From: Candidatus Marinacidobacterales bacterium
GTDB taxonomy: Bacteria > Acidobacteriota > Vicinamibacteria > Marinacidobacterales > DATDRI01
Reading direction: 5' to 3'
Length of the DNA stretch: 64,000 nucleotides
NCBI GenBank assembly: GCA_965219415.1
Contig: OZ244742.1
Span: 192,001-256,000, forward strand
This document shows positions 50,772 through 60,905 of this stretch, in pieces (the first letter of the stretch is position 1; each line of letters opens with the position of its first letter). The notes under the pieces were generated by a model that searched no databases, was not told the DNA's origin, and was given only the letters and a program-made list of their open reading frames with translations. The position numbers were made by a program, and so were the translations under genes.

Positions 50772-53642
50772 ATGAAGCTGCTCGACCCTATTCGCCCCAA
50801 ATGGCAGCACAGCGATCCCGAAGTCCGTCTCTCGGCGGTGCGTCAACTCGGCGGCGACCATCAGGACCTCCTGGGCGCCATCGCCTTGGAAGACCAAGAC
50901 GTCCGGGTTAGGCGAAGCGCCATCAAAAGACTAGAGGATCCTGCCAAGCTCCGAGAGGTGTCCGATCGAGATGCCAACGAGGGACTTCGGGAGCTGGCGG
51001 CCGAGCGAGCGGCGGACATTCTCGCCGAGGTAGCCCTTTCCGATGGCGATCCCACGGTGTGCGAAGATGCGCTCGCGAAGCTTTCGAACCCCCGGCATCT
51101 GGCCAAGGTTGCCACCTCGGCACTACACCCCACCATCCAGCAAGCCGCCGTCCGCCAACTCTCCGATGACAGGGGCCTCGCGGAAGTGGTTCGCAAGAGC
51201 ACCGTCATCGGACTCCGAAAAGAAGCTCTCGGCAAACTAGGCGACCTATCCCTCCTACGGGCCATCGCCACAAGCGGCGTCGACGCGGAGCTGGCGCTGG
51301 CGGCCGTCGATAAAATCAATGACCCCGACGCGCTGCACACCGTCGCCCGGGAGCGATCCGCCCACAAGAACGTTCGACAAAGGGCGGAAGCGCGCTTCGA
51401 GGCCGTCGTCACCGACGACCATCCTTTGCGCGTCGAGCAGAGACGAAAGCGCCAAGGCGAGCTCAGCAAGTATGTCCAAGAACTCGCCAAACAGCCGGGC
51501 TCCGCAACGGAGAAACTGCTAGAGGCCCACGCGGAATGGGACGCTCTAGCTGAGAAGACCCAGCCCGACGAGACGGTGAACGAACACTTCCACGCTGCCC
51601 GGCAAGCGATCTCCGACGAGGTCGCACGCCAGGAAAAACGTAGACTGGAAAGCGAACGGCAAAACGCCGAGCTCCAGGAAAACCTGGCCGCACGCCTTGC
51701 TCTCTGCGAAAAGGTGGAGTCGTTCAACGGAGAAACGGCACTTCAAGATCTTCGTGAGGCTCACGCCGCATGGCAGGCTCTCCGGCCGCTCCCATCCTCG
51801 CCAGAAAATAAAGAAACCCGAGACGAGGAGCTGATCACGAGGTTCGACCGGGCGGTGGAGCATTGCGAGACTCGGTACGAGAGTTCCCGCGCCGAGCAAG
51901 CGCTTCAGACCCAACTCGAGGAACTGCTTGCCGAGGCCGACAAACTGGCAGACTCGGCTCCGCTCCCGGACGCACGGCGTGACTGGCCGATATTCGAAAA
52001 ACGATGGGCAAAGCTCGAGGCATCGCCATCCGCGGCCCAATCGAAGGAACTCGTTACGTCTGCTCGTCAACGGTTCGTCCGAGCCGGCGAGCGAATAACC
52101 GAGCGACAGTCAAAAGATGCCGAGCAACAGGAACAATTGAAGCAAAAGAATCTAAGCCGGCTAAAGGAGCTCTCGGCTCGAGTCGATAAGCTCGCTCAAT
52201 CGGAAGAGTTGAGTTTGAAGGCCGCCGACCGCGAGCTTCGACACCTACCTGAGGTACTCAAAGATCTGGGGCCCTTGCCCTCGACCGAAAGTCGAAAAAC
52301 TTGGAAGGATCGCCTGACCAAAGCGCGACACGACCTCTACACGAGATTTCAGGATCAGCGCGAGACGGAGGAATGGAGGCGTTGGGCCAACGTCGATCTT
52401 CAAGAGAAGTTGATCCAGAAGGCGGAAGGGCTCCGACAATCGCAAGATCTCGCTACCGTCTCGAAGGAATTGAGACAGATTCAGCAAGAATGGAAAAGCG
52501 TCGGAGCCGCCCCCCGCGCTAAATCGGAAGCACTCTGGCACCGCTTCAGCCAGGTTCGCGATGAGCTTCGCGCTCGTTGCGATGTTTTTTTCGCCGATAA
52601 CCTCAAGAAGAAGGAGGCGCTCTGCGAGAAAGTCGAGGCGCTCGGCGATTCAAAGCAATGGAACAAGACCGCTGAAGCAGTCAAGAAGATCCAAGCGGAA
52701 TGGAAGGATATCGGCCCGGTGCCGCAAAAGCATGCCAAAGCGATCTGGCGACGCTTTCGGGCACCCTGCGACCAGTTCTTCAAGCGACGCAAGGAACAGT
52801 TGGACCGTCTCAAGCATGAAAGAGACAGCAACTCGAAAAGGAAGACCGAGCTCTGCGAGCAAGTCGAAGCGCTGGCCGATTCCATGGATTGGGATGAGAC
52901 GGCCAAGCAAATCAAGCAGCTGCAGGTCGAGTGGAAGGATGTCGGGCCTGTCCCTCACAAGAAATCCGAAGCACTCTGGAATCGATTTCGCAAGGCCTGC
53001 GATCATTTCTTCGAGCGGCGCAAGCGTCGTGGCGAACTCGCGATCGAGGAGAAACTCAAGAAGAAGTCGTCTATTTGCGAAAGGCTGGAGGCGCTCGCCG
53101 CTTCTGTTCAGGCCGACGACACCCCCCCTGCAGAATCAGTCGCCCAGGAAATTCAGGAGGCGTGGGCGGAGTGGACGAATGTCGGAACAGTACCGTTCGA
53201 GCAAGCCGAGCCACTCGATGCCCGGCTCCGGAAATCGTGTGAACAAATCGTGGCGGTGTTTCCCGAGAGTCTGCAAGGGATGCCGCTCGACCCGCGCGCC
53301 AACCGGAAGCGGCGAGAGAAACTATGCACGCGCCTCGAAGAATTGGTGGGCAGTTATGCCGACGCTTCCGACGACGCTCCCGCGGAGGATCTCGCCCAAA
53401 AACTCAAGCAGGCGCTCGCCGCCAACACTATCGGCGGGGCCGCGGTAACGGAAAAGAAGAAGAACTGGCGGGCCGCAACTCAAGAGGTGGAACGCCTCAA
53501 AACCAATTGGGAACGACTAGGTCCAATCATCGGTGACCTGGATCGAACTCTCTCCGATCGTTTCCGCAACGCCTACACCCATTTCTTCGAGCTCCGCAAG
53601 ACCCCAGACCCGGGCGGGCGCCCGGTCAAACACGCGTCCTGA
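50772..53642 (+). CDS. DUF349 domain-containing helical protein
   Basis: PKWQHSDPEVRL N-terminus; repeated WKxxGPVP..EALWxRF..CDxFF units. Confidence 0.88.
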   Translation: MKLLDPIRPKWQHSDPEVRLSAVRQLGGDHQDLLGAIALEDQDVRVRRSAIKRLEDPAKLREVSDRDANEGLRELAAERAADILAEVALSDGDPTVCEDALAKLSNPRHLAKVATSALHPTIQQAAVRQLSDDRGLAEVVRKSTVIGLRKEALGKLGDLSLLRAIATSGVDAELALAAVDKINDPDALHTVARERSAHKNVRQRAEARFEAVVTDDHPLRVEQRRKRQGELSKYVQELAKQPGSATEKLLEAHAEWDALAEKTQPDETVNEHFHAARQAISDEVARQEKRRLESERQNAELQENLAARLALCEKVESFNGETALQDLREAHAAWQALRPLPSSPENKETRDEELITRFDRAVEHCETRYESSRAEQALQTQLEELLAEADKLADSAPLPDARRDWPIFEKRWAKLEASPSAAQSKELVTSARQRFVRAGERITERQSKDAEQQEQLKQKNLSRLKELSARVDKLAQSEELSLKAADRELRHLPEVLKDLGPLPSTESRKTWKDRLTKARHDLYTRFQDQRETEEWRRWANVDLQEKLIQKAEGLRQSQDLATVSKELRQIQQEWKSVGAAPRAKSEALWHRFSQVRDELRARCDVFFADNLKKKEALCEKVEALGDSKQWNKTAEAVKKIQAEWKDIGPVPQKHAKAIWRRFRAPCDQFFKRRKEQLDRLKHERDSNSKRKTELCEQVEALADSMDWDETAKQIKQLQVEWKDVGPVPHKKSEALWNRFRKACDHFFERRKRRGELAIEEKLKKKSSICERLEALAASVQADDTPPAESVAQEIQEAWAEWTNVGTVPFEQAEPLDARLRKSCEQIVAVFPESLQGMPLDPRANRKRREKLCTRLEELVGSYADASDDAPAEDLAQKLKQALAANTIGGAAVTEKKKNWRAATQEVERLKTNWERLGPIIGDLDRTLSDRFRNAYTHFFELRKTPDPGGRPVKHAS

Positions 53643-53663
53643 GCTACCGCCTTCCGGTTCATC

Positions 53664-56165
53664 TCAGGTAGTTACGGCAGGTATTCCCGAAGCCTTGAAA
53701 CGGCGCAGCCTCAGAGCGTTGACTACAACCGAGACCGAGCTCATCGCCATCGCGCCTGCGGCAATCACCGGAGATAAAAGAACACCAAGGACCGGGTAAA
53801 GTATTCCTGCCGCTACCGGAATGCCGGCCGCGTTGTAGAAGAAGGCCCAAAACAAATTCTGTTTGATGATCTCGAGCGTTCGACGCGACAGCTGAATTGC
53901 CTCGACCACACCCTCGATGCCCCTCTTCGCGAGGGTGATGTCCGCGGCCTCGATGGCGATGTCCGTGCCGGAGCCGACGGCGATTCCGATATCGGCTTGT
54001 GCGAGCGCGGGTGCGTCGTTGATCCCGTCGCCAACCATCGCCACCACCGCGCCCTCTCGCTGCAGCCGCTTCACTTCATCGGCCTTGCCCTCGGGAAGCA
54101 CTTCCGCCAGGACACGGTCGATCCCTACCTGCGCAGCGATGGTCTCCGCGGTTCGACGGCTGTCACCCGTGATCAAATAGATCTCGAGACCCATTTTCTT
54201 TAAAGCGCTGACAGCGGGGGCCGAGCTCTCCCATACCGAATCCGCGACTCCCAGGATTCCCGCCAAAGTTCCATCCACGACGACGAACATCGAGCTCTTG
54301 CCTTCCTCCGCGAGGTGACGCGCGCCGTTCTCCAGCCTCCCGAGCTCCACGCCCTCCTCTCTCATGAAACGCAGGTTGCCGAGAACCAGCTTTTTAGCGG
54401 CGACCGTCGCCCGAACCCCGCGCCCCGGGATGGCCTCGAAGCTCTCTAGGGGAAGGAGGTCTATGTTCAACCGCCGCGCGTAGTCCACGACCGCCCGCCC
54501 CACCGGATGCTCCGAGGCGGTCTCGGCGGATGCCGCCATGGCGAGGACTTGCCACGTTTCATTCCCCTCCGACGCTACGATATCCGTGACCGTGAGTCGG
54601 CCTTGGGTTACCGTTCCCGTCTTGTCGAGAATAACGGTATCCACCGCATGCAAACGTTCGAGAGAAGCTGCCGATTTGATCAGAACTCCCCGCTCCGCGC
54701 CTCGCCCGGTTGCGACGACGATGGCGGTCGGCGTCGCAAGGCCGAGGGCGCAGGGACAGGCGATGATCAGAACGGCGATAGAATTTAGAAGCGCGAAGTT
54801 GAAGGCCGGTCCGAGTACATACCAAACAACAAACGTAACAACGGCAATCACAACGACAATCGGAACAAACACCCCGGCGATCTTGTCCGCCAGACGCTGT
54901 ATCGGGGCCTTGGAGCCCTGCGCTTCTTGCACCAGTCGAATGATTTGCGCCAAAACCGTCTCACTGCCCACCTGGGTGGCCTGGAAACGAAACGTCCCCA
55001 CTTGGTTCAAGGTTCCGCCGACGACTCTGTCGCCCTCGGTTTTCTCAACGGGAAGACTTTCCCCAGTGACCAAAGACTCGTCCACGGTAGAGCGTCCTTC
55101 CCGAATCACGCCGTCCACGGGGATCTTCTCGCCCGGCCGCACGCTTACGACATCTCCCGCCCGAACATCTTCCATTGGAATGTCCACCTCGTGTCCGTCG
55201 CGCACGATGCGGGCGGTCTTCGCTTGAAGTCCGATCAGTTTCTTGATCGCGTTCGAGGCTCTGCCTTTGGCGCGCGCCTCGAGCAACTTACCCAAGAGCA
55301 CCAGCGCGATGATCATGCCCGCGGTGTCGTAGTACAGCACCGACGATTGACCCGACGGAAAAAGACCTGGCGCAAAAGTAGCGACCGCGCTGTAGACGTA
55401 GGCGGCAGAGGTACCAATCGCGATGAGGCTGTCCATGTTGAAGCTGAAGGAACGGAGGCCCACGAAGAACCCCCGAAGGAACTGACCGCCACACCAAAAA
55501 AGGAACAGAGTAGCCATCGAAAACAGCACGACGCGGAGGCCAAACTCCGACATGCCCAGACTCTCGGACGACACCTTGCTCGCTATCATGATGAGCACCG
55601 TGAGCACCGCGGAGAAGAAGAGCTTCGACTTCAGCGTCCGATACTCGGCTTCCCGCACTTCCCGCTCGACGTCCAAGGACGCCGCTCCGGAGTCGGTCAC
55701 GAGAAGGCGATAGGGCCCTGCTGCTGCAACGGCTTCTTCGATTTGAGGAATGCCGACTCGTTCCGAATCGTAGGCGACAGAAACCCGTTCGGTGGCAAAG
55801 TTGACCGCGGCCTGTTGAACCCCAGGCAGTCGACTCAAAGACTGCTCGATCGTCCCAACACAACTCGCGCAGTGAATTCCATGAACCGGAGCATCCAACC
55901 TGGCGAGGCCACTAGCATCGACGGCTGCCGGCGGCGGCTCGATCGACTGCTCCTCTCGTGCGGGAGGAGCCCCTAGGGTGCGGTCGAGATAGGCGCCAGG
56001 CTCCTTCTCGAAAGCGTTCTTGCAACCCTCCGCGCAAAACGAGTACGTCTCTCCGTCGTGCGTAGCGCGGTGTCGAGCCGTTTCGGGATGGACCTCCATA
56101 CCGCAAACAGGGTCAATACCCATGTTTCGAGCGGTGTCCTGCGTTTTGGGCTTCATCGATTTCAT
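53664..56165 (-). CDS. copA: Cu(+)-translocating P1B ATPase with YHS and HMA domains
   Basis: [47 protein letters not shown]. Confidence 0.93.
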   Translation of the reverse strand: MKSMKPKTQDTARNMGIDPVCGMEVHPETARHRATHDGETYSFCAEGCKNAFEKEPGAYLDRTLGAPPAREEQSIEPPPAAVDASGLARLDAPVHGIHCASCVGTIEQSLSRLPGVQQAAVNFATERVSVAYDSERVGIPQIEEAVAAAGPYRLLVTDSGAASLDVEREVREAEYRTLKSKLFFSAVLTVLIMIASKVSSESLGMSEFGLRVVLFSMATLFLFWCGGQFLRGFFVGLRSFSFNMDSLIAIGTSAAYVYSAVATFAPGLFPSGQSSVLYYDTAGMIIALVLLGKLLEARAKGRASNAIKKLIGLQAKTARIVRDGHEVDIPMEDVRAGDVVSVRPGEKIPVDGVIREGRSTVDESLVTGESLPVEKTEGDRVVGGTLNQVGTFRFQATQVGSETVLAQIIRLVQEAQGSKAPIQRLADKIAGVFVPIVVVIAVVTFVVWYVLGPAFNFALLNSIAVLIIACPCALGLATPTAIVVATGRGAERGVLIKSAASLERLHAVDTVILDKTGTVTQGRLTVTDIVASEGNETWQVLAMAASAETASEHPVGRAVVDYARRLNIDLLPLESFEAIPGRGVRATVAAKKLVLGNLRFMREEGVELGRLENGARHLAEEGKSSMFVVVDGTLAGILGVADSVWESSAPAVSALKKMGLEIYLITGDSRRTAETIAAQVGIDRVLAEVLPEGKADEVKRLQREGAVVAMVGDGINDAPALAQADIGIAVGSGTDIAIEAADITLAKRGIEGVVEAIQLSRRTLEIIKQNLFWAFFYNAAGIPVAAGILYPVLGVLLSPVIAAGAMAMSSVSVVVNALRLRRFKASGIPAVTT

Positions 56166-56253
56166 TGGCTTCAATTACGGGGAGTCTAGCATCGCTTCAT
56201 TTTGGTCATCAAGAACGCTTGATCGCAAGCGGCGGCTCAGTTTACGCTGCCCT

Positions 56254-56924
56254 ATGGTTCTCGTGGTGTGCCCCAACCTAGCCATCGACTACACGCTGCG
56301 CGTCGACGAGCTCCGCCCAGGTGACGTGCACCGGGCTCAGTCGTTCGAGAGGCAAGCGGGGGCAAGGGGGTCAATGCGGCAAGGGCTCTTCGCGCCCTCG
56401 GACAAGAAGCGGTGATTTGCGGGTTCGTCGGCGGAGATTCCGGCCGTTTCATCGAACGCGGGCTCACCGAGGAGAACTTGCGACGAGAGCTCGTCCCGAT
56501 AGGCTCCGAGAGCAGAACATGTGTCATCGTCCTCTCGACGAACGGCGAACCCACAGTGGTAAACGAGAGCGGGCCGACCGTCACCGAGAGCGACACCCTC
56601 ATGTCCCTCGTCGCGGGACTCATTCCCGAAAGCGATGCGGTTGCGATGATGGGTAGCCTGCCTCCGGGGATGCCTAGCCACTCGTACGCCCAGCTCACGA
56701 AACGCTGCCGGGATGCCGAGGTGCCGTGTTTGGTCGACACGTCTGGCCCCGCGCTCACTTTAGGAAATGAGGGCGCCGTTTTGTGCGCATCCGCGTTGGA
56801 GGGTCGACTCCGAGCGCAGGCGGTCACTCCGGTGAACCCGACGGGCGCCGGAGACGCCTTGGCCGCCGGACTCATCGCCGGACACCTCAAGGGCGGCTCG
56901 TTGCGTTCGCTCGCGACTAACTAG
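56254..56924 (+). pseudogene. PfkB/1-phosphofructokinase-family sugar kinase, frameshifted and internally deleted
   Basis: NLAID, AG(G)KGVN broken at the G-run 56358-56362, GSLPPG; DTSGPAL is joined directly to TLGNEGA (KPN segment absent); TGAGD. Confidence 0.82.
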
Positions 56925-57609
56925 TGTGACTCGGCGGGAGCGGAACCGCGTCCGTTTCCGGGGTGGCACGAGGTGGGACTTTCAGTGTGCCGCCGATGAC
57001 ATCTCCCAAAAACGGTGGGTTGAAGTTGAAGTCCATCGTCGGGATCTCGTGATGGTACCGATGGTGGCGAATGTGATAGTTACGCGCCGTCCCTGCTAGT
57101 GGGACCCGGCGCAACAGCTCGTCGACTCGGTTCCCTTCAATATGGGTCAACCAGTGCGTCAGCTCGAAGAACAGGTAGTGCAACACGACACCGCCAAAAA
57201 ACAGGACGAGCAACTTGGCAGGCAACAACATCTGAAGCGCTACGTAGTGAATCGCGAATAGGATAGGGAAGATGTACCAAGGGCTCGCGATGTATTGCCA
57301 ATCGTCCCGTTTGCTCGAAGTGAAATTGGCGCCATGGAACACGCGATGATGCATCAAGTGATTTCTTTTGATGAATCCCAACCAACGGGCACCGGCGTGC
57401 ATTAGGAAGCGATGATAGCCATACTCGAAGAAATGGGTGTAGGCGATTCCCAACAGGAACCAGGCAAACACTGGAAGCGTCCCATAATCGGTTTCCAGGG
57501 AACTTCAATGGATGGTTGCAATAAAGAAGAGGCAGAACAGCGGAGTCAAAACAACGGCGACGATGGGATGATAGGGTCTTACTCTATCCAACCATCCCAA
57601 GAGTGCCAT
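56917..57609 (-). pseudogene. Fatty-acid hydroxylase/sterol desaturase family protein with in-frame TGA
   Basis: His boxes HRFLMH, HLMHH, HWLTH, HHRYHH; the in-frame N-terminal TM from ATG 57609 is interrupted by TGA at 57505-57507. Confidence 0.75.
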
Positions 57610-57739
57610 AAGATCTATGTTAAACGGCGGAATGCTCGCCGTCAAAACGGTCCGTCTTCAGAGTCTCAAGAGCGCCAGACGACCAGCCCTGCCGAGGTTG
57701 ACGAGTGGTACGTAGCTTAAGAGTCGAGGCGCGCCGGCC

Positions 57740-58174
57740 ATGAGCGCCGTCCTCCGGGCGCACGGGGGCGCCTTCGACGTAGAGCTCTTTCTAGCCGACA
57801 GCTCCCTGGAACCGGACAACGTTTACCAGAAGGGCCCCCCTACCGGGTCCGCTACGGCCGACAAAGAGAACGGCTCGCCTCGGAGGGCCTCTGGTTTTAA
57901 CCTGACGGTCAGTCACGCGGACTTTTCGGATCTCGAGACACAGATCAAGGAGACCATTCTTTTTCTAGACGAGTACGAGAATGAATTGCGGCGTCTCGGG
58001 AGCTTCGATGGAGTCGAGGGGATCTCAATCGATTTCGGCATACAGCGTCGAGAGGTTGCAGCTCAGACCGACGTATTTCCCTCTGATCTTCTGTGGCGGG
58101 CCGGGGCCTTGGACATCTGGATCGCCATTACTCACTATGCGATTGCCGACGCCGGAGGAAAACCCGTTGCCTGA
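57740..58174 (+). CDS. Hypothetical protein (DUF4279-like)
   Basis: GAGG SD, compact ORF; SGFNLTVS..LETQI..FL..ELRRL..IDFG pattern. Confidence 0.6.
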   Translation: MSAVLRAHGGAFDVELFLADSSLEPDNVYQKGPPTGSATADKENGSPRRASGFNLTVSHADFSDLETQIKETILFLDEYENELRRLGSFDGVEGISIDFGIQRREVAAQTDVFPSDLLWRAGALDIWIAITHYAIADAGGKPVA

Positions 58175-58440
58175 AGATAATGCCACTGATTCGAATGACT
58201 CGCCCAATTTGGAGTTGGAGAAAAGCTCCCAACATCGTTATCTCGCTCGACTAATCGGCAGCTGGGAAGGAATCAGCAGGACCCTGGTTCGAACCAGGGC
58301 AACTCGCCGACGAATCCCCAATCACCGGTACCATCCGGCCCGTGCTCGATGGCCGTTTTGTCGCACACGAGTATGAGAGTAGCCTGCAAGGGAAGCGGCT
58401 CGTCGGCATGGCGATCCATACCCAGAGAGGCGATCTCAAG
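58167..58440 (+). pseudogene. DUF1579-like protein, frameshifted and truncated
   Basis: GGAGG + TTG 58167; HRYLARLIGSWEG..(extra C ~58283)..WFEPG..VLDGRFVAHEY; C-terminal half missing. Confidence 0.65.
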
Positions 58441-58869
58441 CTACTCCTCTTTGTACAGCCACGCGCCAATCACGCCGGCGATGGGAAGCTCAAAGAATCC
58501 CCACATCACAGAAGTAACAATCAGATTGGCCGGGAGGATCCCCATCACCAAAAATCCGGCAGATGGGTAGAGGTACGCGAAGAACCAAACCAGGAGACCT
58601 GCACAGGCCGCCGTCTTGGGGCCGGCCCCTAGTCGCGGGCGTATCGCCGCGTAGAGCCAAATCATCGAGATTCCCAAGATGAAACCGCCAACGACGAAGA
58701 TCGCGATGGCACTCCCTCCTGGGGCAGAGCCTCCCAGCGCCTCCATGGCGGCCGCCCATTGAGCTCCAAGGATCGGCTCGTTGAGAACAAATTCTCCGAT
58801 ATTGATGATCAATCCCGCCAGAAGGCCGCCAAGGGCGACAGCACGGCCATTGGGATCCTCGTCAGCCAT
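58441..58869 (-). CDS. 4-TM membrane protein; native N-terminus displaced by inversion
   Basis: LGGLLAGLIINIGE..WLYAAIRPRLGAGPKTA..GAWLYKE; likely native start MGQINMGRV with AAGGAGG SD lies on the + strand at 59071. Confidence 0.8.
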   Translation of the reverse strand: MADEDPNGRAVALGGLLAGLIINIGEFVLNEPILGAQWAAAMEALGGSAPGGSAIAIFVVGGFILGISMIWLYAAIRPRLGAGPKTAACAGLLVWFFAYLYPSAGFLVMGILPANLIVTSVMWGFFELPIAGVIGAWLYKEE

Positions 58870-59100
58870 TACGTATCCGCCAAGAAATTGGGCGGTCGGG
58901 TCCTACTACTCAAGGCCAACGACAAGGTCAAGACGTTGATGAAGCTAGTACATCTAGACGAACGGTTCGGGTGGGCCGACGACATGGACGAGGCTCGGTC
59001 TTGGTTCGAAACTCCCGCGAGCTAAGCCTATTTCATTCGTTATAGGAGCGATCTTCCAAGGAGGTGTTCAGTGGGTCAAATTAATATGGGTCGGGTGTCG
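58836..59100. other. Inverted segment (~265 bp) bounded by CGACA / TGTCG
   Basis: Re-inverting by hand joins VSWFD to STAIGILVSHY in frame and places MGQINMGR in front of VALGGLLAG. Confidence 0.88.
58840..59025 (+). pseudogene. STAS anti-sigma-factor antagonist, C-terminal half (inside the inversion)
   Basis: STAIGILVSHYVSAKKLGGRVLLL..KVKTLMKLVHLDERF. Confidence 0.82.
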
Positions 59101-59261
59101 AACCAACTCACCGCGGACACATCGAGAATCGTGTTCACTCTCTTATCACGAATGAGTCCACGGAGAGCCTTATCGAGCTCGCCCACCGGTTCGCCCTCTA
59201 TAATCCGACCGCGGATCTCGACCACGTTTACGTTGTCGGAAGGATCAACCTTTATTTCCAT
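59097..59261 (-). pseudogene. STAS anti-sigma-factor antagonist, N-terminal half
   Basis: MEIKVDPSDNVNVVEIRGRI..ILDVSAVSWFD; currently ends in TRPILI-stop at 59076. Confidence 0.82.
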
Positions 59262-59373
59262 GAACACACTCCGGAGGGTCGCTCAAGGCGGCTAACTTAC
59301 TCCGAACCCTTGGTCAATTCAAGCGAGGCGACGAGACGGCGGCGACGTAGCCTGAGGGTCGGGCGGGTGAAAA

Positions 59374-59811
59374 CTACTCCTTCTCTTCTAGGTCCAAAGA
59401 AACGGAATTGATGCAGTACCTCAAGCCGGTTGGATCGGGGCCGTCCTCGAAAACGTGTCCCAAGTGCCCGCCGCAGCGTGAGCAAACCACTTCGGTGCGG
59501 CGCATCCCTTGGCTGATGTCGCTGATCTCCTCCACATTGGCGTTGTCGATGGGCTCGTAAAAACTTGGCCAGCCGGTCCCGGAATCGAACTTGGTGTTGG
59601 AATCGAACAAGGCCTGTCCGCAGCCGGCACAAAGGTATATCCCGGCGGACTTTTCGTTCCAAAACTCACCCGAGAAGGGAGTCTCTGTTCCCTTCTCTCG
59701 CAACACGTAGTACTTCTCAGGAGTGAGGCTCTTCTTCCACTCCTCTTCAGTCGTTGGCGTGGTGGGGAGTGTCTTGTGATCGGAACCCTCTACTTTTTCT
59801 TTCTCTCCCAT
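59374..59811 (-). CDS. msrB: Peptide-methionine (R)-S-oxide reductase
   Basis: [39 protein letters not shown]. Confidence 0.96.
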   Translation of the reverse strand: MGEKEKVEGSDHKTLPTTPTTEEEWKKSLTPEKYYVLREKGTETPFSGEFWNEKSAGIYLCAGCGQALFDSNTKFDSGTGWPSFYEPIDNANVEEISDISQGMRRTEVVCSRCGGHLGHVFEDGPDPTGLRYCINSVSLDLEEKE

Positions 59812-60023
59812 ATCGGTGGCTCCCTTCTTGTAAGAGGTCGTGAGGCAGAAGCCCCAAAGAGCTGGAGTGCTCGTCACCATCGGAGATCGCGTCGTGTCTC
59901 ATAGCAAACCGCCTTCCCGTCTGGTGTGGCGAGCGGAGCATCGAACCCATCCTATTTGTGGGCCCGACGTCGGCGCAAGTCGATCGCATGCAACCACGCG
60001 ATATGGTACAGACATGCGAACCC

Positions 60024-60899
60024 ATGCATGATCGACCTCTAGCCTCAGCCGGTGAACTGAATGATCGGCTCGAGTCGGACGATTTGGCGGTGATCGATTG
60101 CCGCTTCTACCTTGCGGAGCCGGACCGCGGAGAATCGGAATATCTCGAGTCGCATATTCCGGGTGCGGTCTACGCACATCTGGATCGAGATCTGTCGGTA
60201 GCGAAGTCCGGCATCAACGGTCGCCATCCGCTGCCGTCGATCACGATGATGCAGGAGCAGTTTTCTGCGTGGGGGATCGACACCAAAGTTCAGGTCGTGG
60301 CGTACGACGCCAACGCGGGACAGATCGCGGCCCGCCTGTGGTGGATGCTTCGCTATCTCGGCCATGAACACGTCGCGGTTTTGGAAGGAGGATTCGCCTC
60401 TTGGAGGAAAGCGGGTCACCCGACGCGTGGCGCACGAAAGAAGCGAACTGCCCGCTCGTTCCAGGCGCGGCCACGAGCCTCCATGCGCATCGACATCACC
60501 GACCTCCTAGAAATCAACACCGGCAAACCACGATTACTCATCGATGCCCGCGATCCGGCGCGGTATCGGGGGGACAGCGAGCCCATCGATCCGGTCGCCG
60601 GACACGTTCCCGGCGCATGCAATCGTCCGTGGCAAGAAAATCTCGACCGAAACGGCTCCTTCCTCTCTCCCGAAACGATGAAAGAGCACTATGCGAAGGT
60701 GTTTCGAGGTTCGTCGCCCGATGCGGCAGTTGTTTATTGCGGTTCGGGGGTCACCGCTTGCCACAATCTACTCGCCATGGAGCACGCCGGCATTCCGTGG
60801 CCACGACTCTATCCGGGCTCGTGGTCCGAGTGGTGCGCGGATCCGGAGCGGCCGGTAGAAACTGGGCCGGAACGCCGAACAACCTACCCGCCAGACTAA
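60024..60899 (+). CDS. sseA: 3-mercaptopyruvate/thiosulfate sulfurtransferase (two-domain rhodanese)
   Basis: HIPGA, GRHPLP, AARLWWML, GHVPGA, YCGSGVTAC, LYPGSWSEW. Confidence 0.92.
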   Translation: MHDRPLASAGELNDRLESDDLAVIDCRFYLAEPDRGESEYLESHIPGAVYAHLDRDLSVAKSGINGRHPLPSITMMQEQFSAWGIDTKVQVVAYDANAGQIAARLWWMLRYLGHEHVAVLEGGFASWRKAGHPTRGARKKRTARSFQARPRASMRIDITDLLEINTGKPRLLIDARDPARYRGDSEPIDPVAGHVPGACNRPWQENLDRNGSFLSPETMKEHYAKVFRGSSPDAAVVYCGSGVTACHNLLAMEHAGIPWPRLYPGSWSEWCADPERPVETGPERRTTYPPD

Positions 60900-60905
60900 G
60901 GTTGA

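Noticed and set aside
59374-60899. Selenoprotein forms of MsrB or rhodanese linked to senAB
   Set aside because: Both have ordinary Cys codons at their active sites and lie over 20 kb from senAB
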